A stretch of 63,860 nt of DNA, counting the filler, from Lama guanicoe (lineage: Eukaryota), in NCBI GenBank assembly GCA_013239625.1. It is 193 parts of 193 records of this genome, joined end to end, with 100 filler letters (N's around TTAATTAATTAA, not from the genome) between each part and the next. Parts side by side here need not be neighbours in the genome. Positions count along the whole stretch, not along the records: positions 62,967 to 63,198 come from PNXV01044214.1; positions 63,299 to 63,528 come from PNXV01044215.1; positions 63,629 to 63,860 come from PNXV01044216.1; 190 more parts are not named here. One strand, given 5' to 3'. Below are positions 62,867 through 63,860 of the stretch, one piece after another. The notes under the pieces are model-generated. The model did no database searches and was not told the origin of the DNA. It saw only the letters and a list, made by a program, of their open reading frames with translations. Both the position numbers and the translations under genes were made by a program. The stretch's first letter is position 1. Every line of letters begins with the position of its first letter.

Positions 62867-63860
62867 NNNNNNNNNNNNNNNNNNNNNNNNNNNNNNNNNN
62901 NNNNNNNNNNTTAATTAATTAANNNNNNNNNNNNNNNNNNNNNNNNNNNNNNNNNNNNNNNNNNNNCTCCTCCTGGTGAAAACTATGAATTAACGTGATA
63001 AATAACCTGAGTCACCGATTGTCACTGACATATTCCTGTGTCTTCACACTCATCACTCCTTCCCTTCCTGACGGCATATGCCTAATTGTCTGTTTGCTTC
63101 TTTCTCTGTGTCCTGAGAAACCCACGTCCAAATCAACATATTTGTTTGCTGAAGCTTTTTACTTGTTAAACAATGCTTCCAGCTGGCCACCGTCATCANN
63201 NNNNNNNNNNNNNNNNNNNNNNNNNNNNNNNNNNNNNNNNNNTTAATTAATTAANNNNNNNNNNNNNNNNNNNNNNNNNNNNNNNNNNNNNNNNNNNNAT
63301 ACATGTATATGGGGAGGTACAAGCTCCAACTCGGTTTTACTGTGAAAGGTGCAGGAACTTCAAATCGGTACTAGGAAACACACAGAGAAAGCAGAGTAAC
63401 TGTTTTGCCTGCAACTTGATACCTTTGTGCTTGATGAACGAACGTCTCTCCACATGTTCATTTTTGAGATTAAAGCGTGTGTGAAAGTCGTCCTTCAACT
63501 ATCTTGTTGGGAACACAAAGTTTCTCTTNNNNNNNNNNNNNNNNNNNNNNNNNNNNNNNNNNNNNNNNNNNNTTAATTAATTAANNNNNNNNNNNNNNNN
63601 NNNNNNNNNNNNNNNNNNNNNNNNNNNNGACCTGCTCAGTGACCAGCCAGGTCATCCTGACACCAGTGGGGCCCACAGCCCATCACCAAGGCCCGTGCAT
63701 CCTGGGCACTTTCTGTCCCTGAGTACTTACAGGTGGACAGCCTCTGAGATCCCGTCTCCTCATCTGATGGGCCATCCCAGCCCCCCTGCAGGGCCGGGCC
63801 AGCTCCCACTCCCAAGCCCAGTTATGGGATATTAAGGAAGTAACTTTGTCTTTTTTTTTT

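Noticed and set aside
394..63246. The many 60-95 aa ORFs ending in X-runs and LIN or N
   Set aside because: They reach the length threshold only by reading through Ns and stop in the linker. Only those overlapping the OR, IRF7 and KRAB fragments reflect real coding frames.
232..63628. CRISPR-like or other repeat-spacer array (constant palindrome separating equal-length unique segments)
   Set aside because: The repeat is a 12-mer embedded in Ns, the 'spacers' are 231-232 bp mammalian fragments, and there are no cas genes. It is a synthetic linker.

Overview
This window is not a contiguous locus. It is an artificial concatenation of about 193 short unplaced mammalian contigs (231 bp up to ~35.3 kb, mostly 232 bp after, i.e. 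sorted by length). Each is joined to the next by an identical 100-bp linker, N44-TTAATTAATTAA-N44, a palindrome with stop codons in all six frames. Neighbouring contigs are therefore unrelated, and nearly all ORFs in the supplied track are linker artefacts. tRNA-derived Vic-1-type SINEs and young L1 3' ends point to a camelid genome. Recognisable content: an ADCY1 exon, an OR10H-like olfactory receptor fragment, a processed CKB retrocopy, a frameshifted KRAB-A exon, a doubly frameshifted IRF7 exon, an uninterrupted betaretroviral pol (RNase H) fragment, a class I ERV gag fragment with possible G-to-A hypermutation, Tigger1/MER2/MER5A/MER58A/MLT1/L1/L2/MIR fragments, two probable L1 twin-priming inversion junctions, a 9-bp repeat with a Lys-Pro-X frame, several CpG-island fragments and two near-duplicate contig pairs with 49-nt de Bruijn signatures. 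No multi-gene novel system can be supported. All family assignments come from remembered consensus sequences, not database searches.
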